Of a stretch of DNA of 52,329 bases, positions 16,086 to 26,167 are shown piece after piece. The translations under genes were made by a program, and so were the position numbers. Each line of letters starts with the position of its first letter. Positions within the stretch are counted from its first letter, which is position 1. Origin of the DNA: Escherichia phage Mangalitsa; sequence record NC_048799.1; one strand, 5' to 3'. The notes beneath the pieces are model-generated. The model made no database searches, was not told where the DNA came from, and was given only the letters and a program-made list of their open reading frames with translations.

Positions 16086-16307
16086 ATGAAAACTGCTGAA
16101 ATTGCCGAAGAGATTTATATGGCCTTAATTGCCAACCAAATTACAAGTGAAGTCCTGCACATGGATATTGAAGAAGTTCGCAAGGCCTTTGGTGGTTTTG
16201 CAATCTTGTCAATCGAAGCTGCGGAAGCACTGACAAACACGTACAACCATCGTGAATACGAGAAGCGGTCTGTACTAAATGCGTCGCTTCAAGCGTCATT
16301 AAAATAA
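16086..16307 (+). CDS. hypothetical protein
   Basis: ORF with GAGAGAGA RBS. Confidence 0.45.
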   Translation: MKTAEIAEEIYMALIANQITSEVLHMDIEEVRKAFGGFAILSIEAAEALTNTYNHREYEKRSVLNASLQASLK

Positions 16308-16363
16308 TACCATTATCATGGTGCGGAGCTAATTAATCTCCCACCATATGAACCGGAGAGCAA

Positions 16364-17014
16364 ATGATTACTGCTACACTCGTTGACCACATGGGAAGCG
16401 ACCTCACAACTGTTAACGCTGCACGAGCATCTTATGCAGCAGAATCTTATGTGCTGTCTGAGCGAGACGTTCGTCTGATTCGATTCCTCGCAGAACACAA
16501 GCATATTACGCCGTTTCGTCATGCACAGGTAACTCTTCGTTGCAGTGCTCCAATCTTCATTGCACGTCAACTTGGTAAACACCAGGCTGGCTTTAGTTGG
16601 AACGAAGTTAGCCGTCGCTACAAGGATGGCAAAGATGTTGAAATCAAGTGCTTTGTTCCAGAAACTGTGTTTGGTCGTCCTGAGAAGTTAATGACTCAGG
16701 CTGCACAACCACTGCCAAAAGACTTTGCTGACGATATTCAGTATCGTATGGAAGCGCATAACAAGGCTTGCATTGCAGAGTATGAAACATTACTTGGATT
16801 GGGGATTGCTCCAGAGCAAGCTCGCATGGTACTGCCACAATCCATGATGACCACTTGGATTTGGACTGGCTCACTTTATGGCTGGGCATCCATGTATAAT
16901 CAGCGCTCTTCTGAACATGCACAATACGAATCTCGCTTGTTTGCGGAAGAAGTAAATAAAATTATGTTGGAACTATTCCCAATTTGCTGGAAGGGTCTGA
17001 CCACTCAGGAATAA
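16364..17014 (+). CDS. thyX: flavin-dependent thymidylate synthase (ThyX)-like protein with a non-canonical active-site motif
   Basis: Blocks LVDHMGSDLTTVNAARASY, SAPIFIARQL and FSWNEVSRRY align to ThyX as recalled, but the position of the canonical RHR motif reads KHQ. Confidence 0.65.
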   Translation: MITATLVDHMGSDLTTVNAARASYAAESYVLSERDVRLIRFLAEHKHITPFRHAQVTLRCSAPIFIARQLGKHQAGFSWNEVSRRYKDGKDVEIKCFVPETVFGRPEKLMTQAAQPLPKDFADDIQYRMEAHNKACIAEYETLLGLGIAPEQARMVLPQSMMTTWIWTGSLYGWASMYNQRSSEHAQYESRLFAEEVNKIMLELFPICWKGLTTQE

Positions 17015-17019
17015 AATAA

Positions 17020-18783
17020 ATGAACGTCAAGCAATGTGTTGCCAAGATTAAGCACGATGTACCAGACTGTAAATCCACATCTGGCAAGTCTTTACAGGTT
17101 TGGTTGAATGTCGATGAAGCTGGTAATAAGAACTTCTCTGGTTACTGCTTTGCATGTGGCGTTCTCGTTCCGAATCCGTACGGCAATAATCCGGAGAATA
17201 TTCCGGAAATTAAAGTCAAGACTCCAGAAGAAATTCAGGAAGAAATTGACGAAGTAACCTCGTGCCCTCCGTTTGATTTAGACCATCGCAGCATTGAACC
17301 AGAATTCTGGAAAGCTGCTGGTGTTCGCCTACTCTACTCAGAGTTTGATGGCAAAACTCCAAATGCTTTGGCGCATGGGTATACCAAGAATGGCAAACTT
17401 GTTCGTTGGAAGATTAAACTTCTGAACAAGAAAGTCATGTGGTCTGTTGGCGATACTCAGGGTAATGACCCGTATAACTGGATGGCTGCAAAAGCAATTG
17501 GCGGTAAGACACTGTTCATCACAGAAGGTGAAGAAGATTGTATCGCATTGCGTCAAATCCTCAAGACTATGAACCGTGGTGGTGCATATGAAGATTTGGA
17601 TTTTGCTGTAATTAGTTTGAGTGATGGAAGTGATTCCGTACATAAATGTTTGTCACCAGTTGCAGAAGAAATTAAGCAACGTTGGGAGCAGGTTGTTATC
17701 GTATTTGATGATGATGAACCTGGTCGTAAAGCTGCTAAGGAAGCATGTCGTTTGTTGCCTGGTGCAATGATTGCAACACTTCCAGCTAACGATGCCAACG
17801 ATTGTCTGAAGCGTGGTTTGCTCAAAGCCACTCAGTCTGCTGTTGTATTCCGTGCTGCCCGTCCTCTCCCCACAGCACTCGTCAATAAAGAGCTTCTTAT
17901 GGAAGAGCTTGATGATGAAGTTGAACAGGGTGTGGACTATCCTTGGCCTAAGTTAACCGACTTAATGTTTGGTCAGCGTCGTGCCGAAGTTATCTCAATT
18001 GGTGGTGCAGAAGGTGGTGGTAAAACCACACTGTCACGACAGATTGTGCATCACAACATTGTTCAGCATGATTGGGGAGTGTTTACTGCATACATGGAGG
18101 AAACTCCAGCAGAAACATTACGCCGTATGGCTGGCCTTAATGACAATTTGCCATATTGGGAACCTGCGTTTACACGCGAAGACCCTCGATATGATGAAGC
18201 TAAGTTCCGTCAAACTGCTGCGAAGATGCTTCGTAACATGGAGATTTGGGACCGCAAGCAAGCTGGAGAAGACCCTTATGAAACTTGGGATGGGTTAAAG
18301 ACGATTCTTCGTCAGATTGGTCCAGACATTGATATGTTTGTTCTTGATAACTTAACCTATTTATCGGAAGGGATTTCTGCGTCAGAGAAGAACGACTTTC
18401 TGGGCAAGCTGTATGCAGACATTACAAAGTTAGCAGACCAGTACCAGTTCCACGTTAATATTCTGTCGCACCTTAACCCTGTGGCAAAAGGGCAACGACC
18501 TCATGAAGATGGTGGACGTATCAAGAAGTCAGACTTTACTGGCTCTCGTGCTGCTGCTAAATATTCTCATGGTATGTTTGGTTTTGAGCGTAATAGTCAG
18601 GCAGTAGACCCAAACTGTTCTATTATTCGTTCCATCAAAGCTCGTAAGAGTGGTAAAACAGAAGGCTTCAAGACGTACTATGATACAGACTCAGGTCGAA
18701 TCATTCAACGTTCTTGGGAAGATTCACTGTTTGAAACTAAAGAGATTGTTCAACTTACTAAGAAGAACGGTCCACACCAATAA
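17020..18783 (+). CDS. bifunctional primase-helicase (T7 gp4-like)
   Basis: N-terminal Cys pair, TOPRIM-like ITEGEEDC and VFDDDEPG, helicase Walker A GGAEGGGKTT and Walker B FVLDNL. Confidence 0.8.
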   Translation: MNVKQCVAKIKHDVPDCKSTSGKSLQVWLNVDEAGNKNFSGYCFACGVLVPNPYGNNPENIPEIKVKTPEEIQEEIDEVTSCPPFDLDHRSIEPEFWKAAGVRLLYSEFDGKTPNALAHGYTKNGKLVRWKIKLLNKKVMWSVGDTQGNDPYNWMAAKAIGGKTLFITEGEEDCIALRQILKTMNRGGAYEDLDFAVISLSDGSDSVHKCLSPVAEEIKQRWEQVVIVFDDDEPGRKAAKEACRLLPGAMIATLPANDANDCLKRGLLKATQSAVVFRAARPLPTALVNKELLMEELDDEVEQGVDYPWPKLTDLMFGQRRAEVISIGGAEGGGKTTLSRQIVHHNIVQHDWGVFTAYMEETPAETLRRMAGLNDNLPYWEPAFTREDPRYDEAKFRQTAAKMLRNMEIWDRKQAGEDPYETWDGLKTILRQIGPDIDMFVLDNLTYLSEGISASEKNDFLGKLYADITKLADQYQFHVNILSHLNPVAKGQRPHEDGGRIKKSDFTGSRAAAKYSHGMFGFERNSQAVDPNCSIIRSIKARKSGKTEGFKTYYDTDSGRIIQRSWEDSLFETKEIVQLTKKNGPHQ

Positions 18784-18870
18784 CAGAGCTGCTGCGCTGC
18801 ATGGTTCGCCCACCAGCGCGGCCCTCCCTAAATCCATTGGAGCCATACTGTGTTGTATCCTTGGGAAAAT

Positions 18871-20784
18871 ATGTATGCCAGTGACATTGAAACAACTGGT
18901 TTGTTGGAGCAGATGAAGAAACAGGCTGCACCACGTCTTCACAACATTGGATACATTGATGTTCAAACTCGTGAAGAAACTGTAATTGAGTGGACGCAAC
19001 GAAAATCCATTCAAGACTTTCTGGACACAGGTCCAACACTAATCATGCACAACGGCGCAACCTTTGACTTCGAAGCATTGAAGTTCCTTGGTTATGACGT
19101 TTCAAAATGTACTCTGATTGATACACTATTTATCAGTTGGTATCTCCAACCTCGTCGTGTTAAGCACGGACTTGAAGGTTATGGTGAAGAGTTTGGTGTG
19201 CCTAAACCAATCATTGATGATTGGGAAAACCAAACACAAGAAGAGTACAACCATCGTGTACTGGAAGACTGTAAGATTCAGCACAAGTTGTGGGAACAGC
19301 AGTATATCCAGTTACTCAAGATTTATAAGACTCCATCTGAAGTAAGACGCTTTGTTGAATACTTGATGACCAAAGCTCGCCAACAGGTTATTCAGCAACG
19401 TACTCGTTGGAAGTTGAACATTGAGAAGGCATTGGCATTTAAGGCCAAGCTGGAACCAATGATTAAAGAGAAGACCGACGCATTAGAAGCATCAATGCCG
19501 AGTATTCCAGAATATGCAATCAAAACTCGTCCAGCCAAATGCCACAAGCTAAATGGGCAGTTGTCTGCCACTGGACTTAAGTGGAAAGCTGTTTGTGATG
19601 CAAACGGTTTAGACTGGAAAGACCCAGACTTGGCTATCAAAGTTCTAAAGGGTTATAAAAAGCCAAACGCTGGTTCTCATGTACAAATTAAAGATTGGCT
19701 ATTCAGCTTAGGCTGGGAGCCAGAAACATTTAAGTTTGACCGTAATAAGGAAACAGGCGAGACTCGCCAGATTCCTCAAATTACTGTAAAGGATGAAGAT
19801 GGCAATCCTGAAATCTGTCCGAGCTTGCATAAGCTGGCAGAAAGAAACCCCGACTCCGGTATTCAACACCTTATTGGTATGGGCGTGTATAAACATCGTC
19901 TGTCTGTTGTTAATGGTTTCCTTCGCGACGTCGATGAAGATGGATTCCTTACTGCGCGATGCGGTGGTCTTACCAATACTTTACGTCTTAAACACCGCGA
20001 ACTTGTTAACCTCCCTTCTATTCGCGTATTTGGCGGTGAAGAGCTTCGTTCAATGTTGGAAGCGTGGCGCGAAGACTACGAACAGTTAGGCTCTGACTTG
20101 TGTTCACTGGAAGACCGCTGTAAGCACCACTTCCAATGGATGTATGACCCTGAATATGTTAAGAAGCAGTTGGCACCAGACTATGATGCTCACCTTGCAA
20201 TTGGCGTAATCGGTGGGTTCATCACTGAGAAAGAATCTCAGGACCATAAGGATGGAATACAGAAATGTAAGCAACGTCCAATGTTTAAGACCACTAACTA
20301 TGCTTGTCAATATGGTGCTGGCATTCCAACTGTTGCTCGTTCTGCCGACTGTGACCAAGCAACGGCTGCGCGTCTACATAAAGCATATTGGGACTTGAAC
20401 TGGTCCATCAAAGAGATTGCTGCTAACACTAAAGTAATTACAGTTGATGGTCAGATGTGGCAACAGAATCCAGTAAACAAATTCTGGTATTCGTTGCGTA
20501 CAGAGAAAGACCGATTCTCAACACTGTGTCAGGGCACTGGTGCATATGTGTTTGACATTTGGTGTAACAACATTATTGCAATTTGTAACGAACGTTGGGG
20601 ATGTGACCCGCTTCTGTCTGGACAATTCCATGATGAATTGATTCTCCAGGTTAAGAAAGGCTTCCGCGATTTGTGGACGGACTTGCTTAATGAAGCAATG
20701 GACCGAACCAACAAAGAACTTAAACTTAACCGTGATTGTGCATGTGATGTGCAGTTCGGTGATAACTACGCAGAGATTCACTAA
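18871..20784 (+). CDS. family A DNA polymerase with 3'-5' exonuclease domain
   Basis: Exo I motif ASDIETTGL; Pol A motif B-like KTTNYACQYGAG; C-terminal His. Start uncertain (ATG 18871 or GTG 18850). Confidence 0.8.
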   Translation: MYASDIETTGLLEQMKKQAAPRLHNIGYIDVQTREETVIEWTQRKSIQDFLDTGPTLIMHNGATFDFEALKFLGYDVSKCTLIDTLFISWYLQPRRVKHGLEGYGEEFGVPKPIIDDWENQTQEEYNHRVLEDCKIQHKLWEQQYIQLLKIYKTPSEVRRFVEYLMTKARQQVIQQRTRWKLNIEKALAFKAKLEPMIKEKTDALEASMPSIPEYAIKTRPAKCHKLNGQLSATGLKWKAVCDANGLDWKDPDLAIKVLKGYKKPNAGSHVQIKDWLFSLGWEPETFKFDRNKETGETRQIPQITVKDEDGNPEICPSLHKLAERNPDSGIQHLIGMGVYKHRLSVVNGFLRDVDEDGFLTARCGGLTNTLRLKHRELVNLPSIRVFGGEELRSMLEAWREDYEQLGSDLCSLEDRCKHHFQWMYDPEYVKKQLAPDYDAHLAIGVIGGFITEKESQDHKDGIQKCKQRPMFKTTNYACQYGAGIPTVARSADCDQATAARLHKAYWDLNWSIKEIAANTKVITVDGQMWQQNPVNKFWYSLRTEKDRFSTLCQGTGAYVFDIWCNNIIAICNERWGCDPLLSGQFHDELILQVKKGFRDLWTDLLNEAMDRTNKELKLNRDCACDVQFGDNYAEIH

Positions 20785-21056
20785 TGAAAACTGTATACTC
20801 TATTTTCGATATGCAGGAGTTAGAGCATCATATGTTTGCTACTGATTCCGAAGTTCTCGCAAAAGACGCCGTAATGGCGTTTCTTGAAAAGATTAAGGGC
20901 AACGTATTCGCTTCGTCCGACCCACAGTCTCAAGCACTTAACGATGAGACATTTAAAAGCCTCCAATCTTTAATCTCGGCAACGACTTCAATTGAAGAGC
21001 TGTCCGAAGCATTAGTTGGATACGACTTCCGTCTTGCAACATTGCAAGTCGATTAA
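20784..21056 (+). CDS. hypothetical protein
   Basis: ATG overlaps DNAP stop. Confidence 0.5.
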   Translation: MKTVYSIFDMQELEHHMFATDSEVLAKDAVMAFLEKIKGNVFASSDPQSQALNDETFKSLQSLISATTSIEELSEALVGYDFRLATLQVD

Positions 21057-21084
21057 CCTAAACTGAAACTTAAAGGTACTCAAA

Positions 21085-21951
21085 ATGGCATTTGCTGCTC
21101 CTACCCTGGCCTCGAACAAGACTCCTTCTGCTGCACCATTACTGGAAGCGGGTGGTTATCCTGCTCGTGTTTGCCGTATTATCGACCTGGGCCTACAGCC
21201 TGGTTCTGCTAAATATCCTACCCCGTCTCTGAAACTTCTGGTTTCTTTCGAACTTCTCGACGAGTACATGAAAGAAGTTGATGGCGAAGGTAAAATGGTC
21301 ATGGTCCAAGACCCGGACGAAGATGACGGCGTAATGATGGCGAAGAATCTTGAAGACAAGCCGCGTTGGTTTGACTTTGAGTTTACCTACAACGCTGACG
21401 GCTTCATGGGTGACAACTCCCACATCTACAAATTCGCTAAAGCGATTGATGCTCTGGAAGTTAAACAGAATCTGGAACAAGGCATTCAGGGCCATCCTGC
21501 CAAGAACCTGCCAGATTGGTTGGGCGAACCTCTGATTGTTGGCATTGTTCAGTATACCAAGCAGTCCGGTAAGAATGCTGGCCAGGTTGCAAACAAAGTT
21601 GCTACCTTCTCTCCGATGAAATCTAAGGAGAAGAAAGAAGCTAAAGCTCTGGTTAACCCGACTGTCTTCTTTGACATGTCTGAGCCGGACCTGGAAGTAT
21701 TCAACAAACTGCCAGGTGGCGAATCTCCGTATGCAATCAAGAACCGTATTACTTCCGGTGTTGATTTCTACAAGACTAAGCTGTCTGCACTATTAGGCGG
21801 TAAGCCTGCCGATGAAGGCGCTGTACCGAATCAGGCTTCTGATGAAGAAGTTGATGCAGCTATGAAAGCTGAACTGGAAGCACAGGCTGCTGCAAAAGCA
21901 CAGCGTGAAGCGGAAGGTGGTGCTGCTGGCGGTACTGGAATGCCCTTTTAA
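21085..21951 (+). CDS. candidate ssDNA-binding or annealing protein with flexible tail ending in GMPF
   Basis: Sits immediately after DNAP; high-expression codon usage; Ala/Gly/Glu-rich C-terminal region ending ...GGTGMPF, reminiscent of gp2.5 or SSB tails. Confidence 0.35.
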   Translation: MAFAAPTLASNKTPSAAPLLEAGGYPARVCRIIDLGLQPGSAKYPTPSLKLLVSFELLDEYMKEVDGEGKMVMVQDPDEDDGVMMAKNLEDKPRWFDFEFTYNADGFMGDNSHIYKFAKAIDALEVKQNLEQGIQGHPAKNLPDWLGEPLIVGIVQYTKQSGKNAGQVANKVATFSPMKSKEKKEAKALVNPTVFFDMSEPDLEVFNKLPGGESPYAIKNRITSGVDFYKTKLSALLGGKPADEGAVPNQASDEEVDAAMKAELEAQAAAKAQREAEGGAAGGTGMPF

Positions 21952-21959
21952 TCATAATT

Positions 21960-21982
21960 GGCTCCTTCGGGAGCCTTTAATT
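21960..21982 (+). terminator. intrinsic terminator, GGCUCC-UUCG-GGAGCC hairpin plus U-rich tract
   Basis: Perfect 6-bp stem with UUCG tetraloop then TTTAATTT. Confidence 0.6.
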
Positions 21983-21992
21983 TGGAATTCAA

Positions 21993-22421
21993 ATGAAAGT
22001 TTGTAGTTCATGTAAAACACCAAAGCCTTTATCTGAATTCTATAAATGGAAGTTGGGTAAAGATGGGCATCGAGCAAGCTGCAAGTTTTGTGTAAACAAA
22101 CAAAACAACAGCAGCATAAGCAAGAACCCAGAGGCCAAACTTCGAGCAAACCGTAAGTATAAGAAAGTTAATATCGACAAAGTTCGAGAGCAAACTTCTT
22201 TGTACAGAAACTCAAACCCAATAAAACGTGCAGCACATGTTGCAGTCCAAATAGCTCTTAGAGAGCACAGACTTGTAAAAGGTGCTTGCGAATGTTGTGG
22301 AGATACTAATTCAGTAGCTCACCACGACGACTATTCCAAGCCTCTGGATGTGAGGTGGTTGTGCAACTTCCACCACAAACAGTGGCACACCAAGAACGGA
22401 GAAGGACTTAATGGTAAGTAA
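21993..22421 (+). CDS. HNH endonuclease
   Basis: N-terminal CxxC pairs; C-terminal AHHDDY...WLCNFHH HNH-like motif. Confidence 0.5.
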   Translation: MKVCSSCKTPKPLSEFYKWKLGKDGHRASCKFCVNKQNNSSISKNPEAKLRANRKYKKVNIDKVREQTSLYRNSNPIKRAAHVAVQIALREHRLVKGACECCGDTNSVAHHDDYSKPLDVRWLCNFHHKQWHTKNGEGLNGK

Positions 22422-23436
22422 GAAGCGCGTCCTGCTTCTCGTTGATGCAGATATGGTTGCATTTTCCCACTGCGCGGCAGAAGAATATGGGAAAGAGCCA
22501 GGAGATATAAACTTCGCCAAGATTCAAATGTCCATAGACTCCAAGATGGAGTTCCTTGCCAAGCGTTCTGGAGCCACGGAGATTATGAGTTTTGTATCCC
22601 CGTCTGAAACTATGAGACATGTCTTTGCTCCTGACTACAAGGGCAACCGTGATAACGTATGGCGTCCAGAAAACCTTAAGAATGCGAAAGCACATCTCAT
22701 GGTTGCATGGAATGGAATGTGGATGAAGGGTCTGGAAGCAGATGACCTTCTGGCTGTATTCGCTCGACATGAATACGAAGCAACAATGGGTAAACGTAAT
22801 GAGATTAAGAGCCTCAAGCGCATTGGTCCGTGCACATATGATGAAGTCTGGATTGCATCGTTGGACAAAGACTTGCGTCAAATCGGGCAGAACGGTGGTG
22901 TTGGTCCAGTAATCAAGCACTACCAGTGGGAACGCGAAACCCAGGGCATTGGTGAGAAAATCGTAATCCCGAAAGATTATGGTGAACTCAAACTAATCAT
23001 CAAGGACAATGGTAAAACGAAGAAGAAAGAAGTTAAAGGCAATGGTCCCAAATTCTTCTTGCATCAATTGCTTATTGGCGACTCAACGGATAACGTTATG
23101 GGTTGCGGAGTTCTTGAAGAAAGAATCTACAAAACTGGTGCCAAAGCCGGAGAAACTTATTTCCGTCGTGATGGCATTGGTGCAGTTGCTTCATTCGAAA
23201 TGCTGGATGGTACAACCTCCTATGCAGAAGGTTTGAAGAAAGTTATTGGTGCATATATTGTGCGCTTCGGAGATGGTTGGGAACAAGAGCTGCTCAAAGT
23301 GGGCCGTCTTGTTTACATGCACCATCAAATTGAAAAGGGTAATTGTGTTCGCTTGTGGCATTACAAGAACATTAACGAATACTTTGACCTTAAAGAGAAT
23401 CGTATCCTCACTCAAGAAGAGTACCTCCAGAAATAA
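22411..23436 (+). CDS. 5'-3' exonuclease / flap endonuclease (T7 gp6-like)
   Basis: LLVDADMVAF, PDYKGNR, EADDLLAV and SLDKDL match the T7 gene 6 pattern as recalled. Confidence 0.75.
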   Translation: MVSKKRVLLLVDADMVAFSHCAAEEYGKEPGDINFAKIQMSIDSKMEFLAKRSGATEIMSFVSPSETMRHVFAPDYKGNRDNVWRPENLKNAKAHLMVAWNGMWMKGLEADDLLAVFARHEYEATMGKRNEIKSLKRIGPCTYDEVWIASLDKDLRQIGQNGGVGPVIKHYQWERETQGIGEKIVIPKDYGELKLIIKDNGKTKKKEVKGNGPKFFLHQLLIGDSTDNVMGCGVLEERIYKTGAKAGETYFRRDGIGAVASFEMLDGTTSYAEGLKKVIGAYIVRFGDGWEQELLKVGRLVYMHHQIEKGNCVRLWHYKNINEYFDLKENRILTQEEYLQK

Positions 23437-23447
23437 TTGGAGTTGGA

Positions 23448-23972
23448 ATGGCTTACGGTTATTGTGGAACGGAAGCCAAGTTTGTATCTTGGCTCCAATC
23501 TGCTATTCGAAGTGTTTGGTCTAAACACCCAAGCAAACTTGCGCTGATACAATCTCGACGCATTGCATTGAGGGTCGGTGACTCAAAGAAACCAATCTTC
23601 CACATTCAATGCTACCATTGCAAGAAGTTGTATAAGCTCAAAGAGATTGAAGTAAACCACAAAGTTCAGGTTGGTGGCCTCCTTAAATTGGAAGACCTGC
23701 ACCGCTTTGTGGACAACCTTCTACTGGTTCAGCCAGAAGATTTGGAATTGCTGTGTAAAGATTGTCACGGCATTATTACATACATGGAACGATATGGTGT
23801 ATCACGACGTGATGCAGTCATTGAGAAGAAGTGTATCGCATTTGCCAAATTATCTGACGAAGAGCAAATTGCCAAGTGCAATCTTGCTAAAATAGAGCCA
23901 GTTCCTAAAACCAAAATCGGACGCAAGAATGCTGTCCGAGAATACCTGAGAAAGAATCTTAATGTCTATTAA
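23448..23972 (+). CDS. HNH endonuclease
   Basis: CYHCKK...EVNHK...CKDCH arrangement (Cys pair, His, Asn, Cys-x2-Cys-His). Confidence 0.5.
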   Translation: MAYGYCGTEAKFVSWLQSAIRSVWSKHPSKLALIQSRRIALRVGDSKKPIFHIQCYHCKKLYKLKEIEVNHKVQVGGLLKLEDLHRFVDNLLLVQPEDLELLCKDCHGIITYMERYGVSRRDAVIEKKCIAFAKLSDEEQIAKCNLAKIEPVPKTKIGRKNAVREYLRKNLNVY

Positions 23973-24717
23973 GCTCCTCGATGATGGTACAAAATACACA
24001 AAGGCTCACGCACATGATTGGGAAGACCCAGACTGCCGTATCAAAGGGCGCTGTGAACTCTTCATCAAGATTGACGGAATTCGAGCTATCCGTAATAAAT
24101 CAGGTAGTGTCTGGAGTCGTAATTCCAAACCCCTACCTCATTTGGACCACTTACAGTTCAGAGATGCTGAGATATTCCGTAATAGTTGGAATGAGACTTC
24201 TAGCATCCTCGGACGTATTGACCCGCCAAGCATTCCACTAACCCAAGACAATGTGTATGAGTTGAGCGATGGTGCTGTTGACCCACGCCTGTACATCGGC
24301 TGGTGCAAGGACCCAAGCAATGAGAACCTTAAGGCATTGATGGATAAATACTTGGCGCTTGGTCATGAAGGTATTATTGTCCGTGATGCAAAAGGTAAAT
24401 GGTGGAAAATTGTACCATACAAATACGCCGATGTAAAAATTACTGGTATGAAAGAGGGTACTGGTGCTCTTAAAGGTATGTGTGGTTCTATTTCCTCGAA
24501 CTACGGCAGTGCTGGCTCAATGGTGAAAGATTGTCTGGCAGACCACGGTATTCCTGAATCTAACACATTGATTCGTAAGTGGTTGTGGGAACACCGTCAC
24601 GAGCTAATTGGTTCGATTATGCAAGTTCGGTATCGTGAGAAAACAGAAGCTGGTAAGTTCCGGTTCCCGTCACTCGTTCGTTTACGTGCAGACAAGAGTG
24701 AGGAAAGTTTTGATTAA
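23962..24717 (+). CDS. ATP-dependent DNA ligase
   Basis: Adenylation motif I KIDGIR in FIKIDGIRAI. Confidence 0.7.
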   Translation: MSIKLLDDGTKYTKAHAHDWEDPDCRIKGRCELFIKIDGIRAIRNKSGSVWSRNSKPLPHLDHLQFRDAEIFRNSWNETSSILGRIDPPSIPLTQDNVYELSDGAVDPRLYIGWCKDPSNENLKALMDKYLALGHEGIIVRDAKGKWWKIVPYKYADVKITGMKEGTGALKGMCGSISSNYGSAGSMVKDCLADHGIPESNTLIRKWLWEHRHELIGSIMQVRYREKTEAGKFRFPSLVRLRADKSEESFD

Positions 24718-25336
24718 GCGACTAGCTGTTATTCTTAATGGACCTCCTGGCTGCGGTAAAGACACTATTGCCAATAAGATTATTGCTGCTGAGGAATCCT
24801 ACTTCCTCGGTAGGCGCAAATTCATTAAACATCAGTTTAAGGATGCACTGTATGAGCATACTGCCAAACACTTTCAAGTTGATGTGGACAAGTTTATTCA
24901 CTATGCTTCGGACCGTGACCTCAAAGACTCTATCTCCCTTGCAGGTCTTGGTGGCAGAACACCTCGTCAAGCTCTTATTCATGTTAGTGAAGACATATAT
25001 AAGCCTCGCCACGGACAAGACTATTTTGGTCAAGTTGAAGCGGCTCGTGTTAAAGAACTCACGGGGCGTATGGGTGGCGTTGTTAATGTCATTTATCCCG
25101 ATGGCGGTTTTGGCGATGAAGTCGTTGCCATTGAGTCTGCTTATGATTTTGTCATCATTGTGCGTTTGCATCGTGGTGGTTATGATTTCAAAGGCGATTC
25201 TCGCAGATACATCGAACTCCCAAACACACCTACCCGCGTAACAGTGGATGAACATCTAATTGATGGTAAAGTGGGTGATGCTGTATTCAAAGTGTTCAAC
25301 TGGATTGAGCGCGTAACTCATCAAGTAGAGAAATAA
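24710..25336 (+). CDS. P-loop kinase, candidate deoxynucleoside monophosphate kinase (T4 gp1-like)
   Basis: Walker A LNGPPGCGKDT; start uncertain (TTG 24710 or GTG 24698); the ORF-track frame overlaps the ligase. Confidence 0.5.
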   Translation: MIKRLAVILNGPPGCGKDTIANKIIAAEESYFLGRRKFIKHQFKDALYEHTAKHFQVDVDKFIHYASDRDLKDSISLAGLGGRTPRQALIHVSEDIYKPRHGQDYFGQVEAARVKELTGRMGGVVNVIYPDGGFGDEVVAIESAYDFVIIVRLHRGGYDFKGDSRRYIELPNTPTRVTVDEHLIDGKVGDAVFKVFNWIERVTHQVEK

Positions 25337-25338
25337 TC

Positions 25339-25791
25339 ATGTCTTGTATGACTCAAGTTGTTGCTGTAAAGCGAGTGCATCCTAATGCGAAATTACCTGT
25401 GTACGCTACTGCTGGCGCTGCTGCTGCTGACGTTTGCACTATCTCCGATAGCACTGTTGTTATCAATCCCGGCTGCTCTGCTGTTTTCGATACTGGCCTC
25501 CAGTTCGAGATTCCAATTGGATACGAACTCAAAGTGCATAGCCGTTCTGGTCACGGCTTTAAGTCTGGCATTCGCCTGGCAAACTGCACAGGAATTCTGG
25601 ACTCCGATTATCGTGGCAATCTTATGGTTAAGTTGCACAACGATTCGGACACAGCCTTTGTGGTTCAGCCAGGTGAACGTATTTGTCAGGTGCAAGTTAG
25701 TAAAGCTACTCAACACCATTTCGTTGAAGTTGACCTCTTAAATTCCACTGTTCGTGGTGAAGGTGGGTTTGGTTCAACTGGACGAGTTTAG
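25339..25791 (+). CDS. dut: dUTP pyrophosphatase (dUTPase)
   Basis: All five dUTPase motifs: AGAAAADV, HSRSGHG, GILDSDYRGNL, RICQVQV, RGEGGFGSTGR. Confidence 0.85.
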   Translation: MSCMTQVVAVKRVHPNAKLPVYATAGAAAADVCTISDSTVVINPGCSAVFDTGLQFEIPIGYELKVHSRSGHGFKSGIRLANCTGILDSDYRGNLMVKLHNDSDTAFVVQPGERICQVQVSKATQHHFVEVDLLNSTVRGEGGFGSTGRV

Positions 25792-25821
25792 TAATTAGTA
25801 ACTAATTGGAACCTATCTGAA

Positions 25822-26151
25822 ATGAAACTGTCCTCACCTGTTGTAGTAAATAGTCGCAAAGTTAAATTTGCATACCTCAAGTCTAATGTCACCTCCACTG
25901 GTGGTGGGACTTATCTCACCCGTGCACTTGCAGTTCGCAACGAAACAGGTGCGGATGTCATCGTTTTCATGCTTCCTCATGGTGAAAACACAATCAAGAA
26001 CGTCGAACGTATCAAGCGTGGGCGCGAAGATTTAATGTCGGCTGTTAAGCCGCTAATACTGCCATTTAAGATTGTGGTGGTTGTTGGTTCTACCCAAGCA
26101 TATCTTGAAGATTTCTATAAAGATATGGCCTGGAGCGATATTAAATATTAA
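25822..26151 (+). CDS. hypothetical protein
   Basis: ORF between dut and the terminase region. Confidence 0.45.
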   Translation: MKLSSPVVVNSRKVKFAYLKSNVTSTGGGTYLTRALAVRNETGADVIVFMLPHGENTIKNVERIKRGREDLMSAVKPLILPFKIVVVVGSTQAYLEDFYKDMAWSDIKY

Positions 26152-26167
26152 GCGGCACGCATAATAG

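Noticed and set aside
24738-25241. 167-aa alternative-frame ORF inside the kinase gene (similarly 25385..25741 inside dut)
   Set aside because: It overlaps genes with clear catalytic motifs in the other frame
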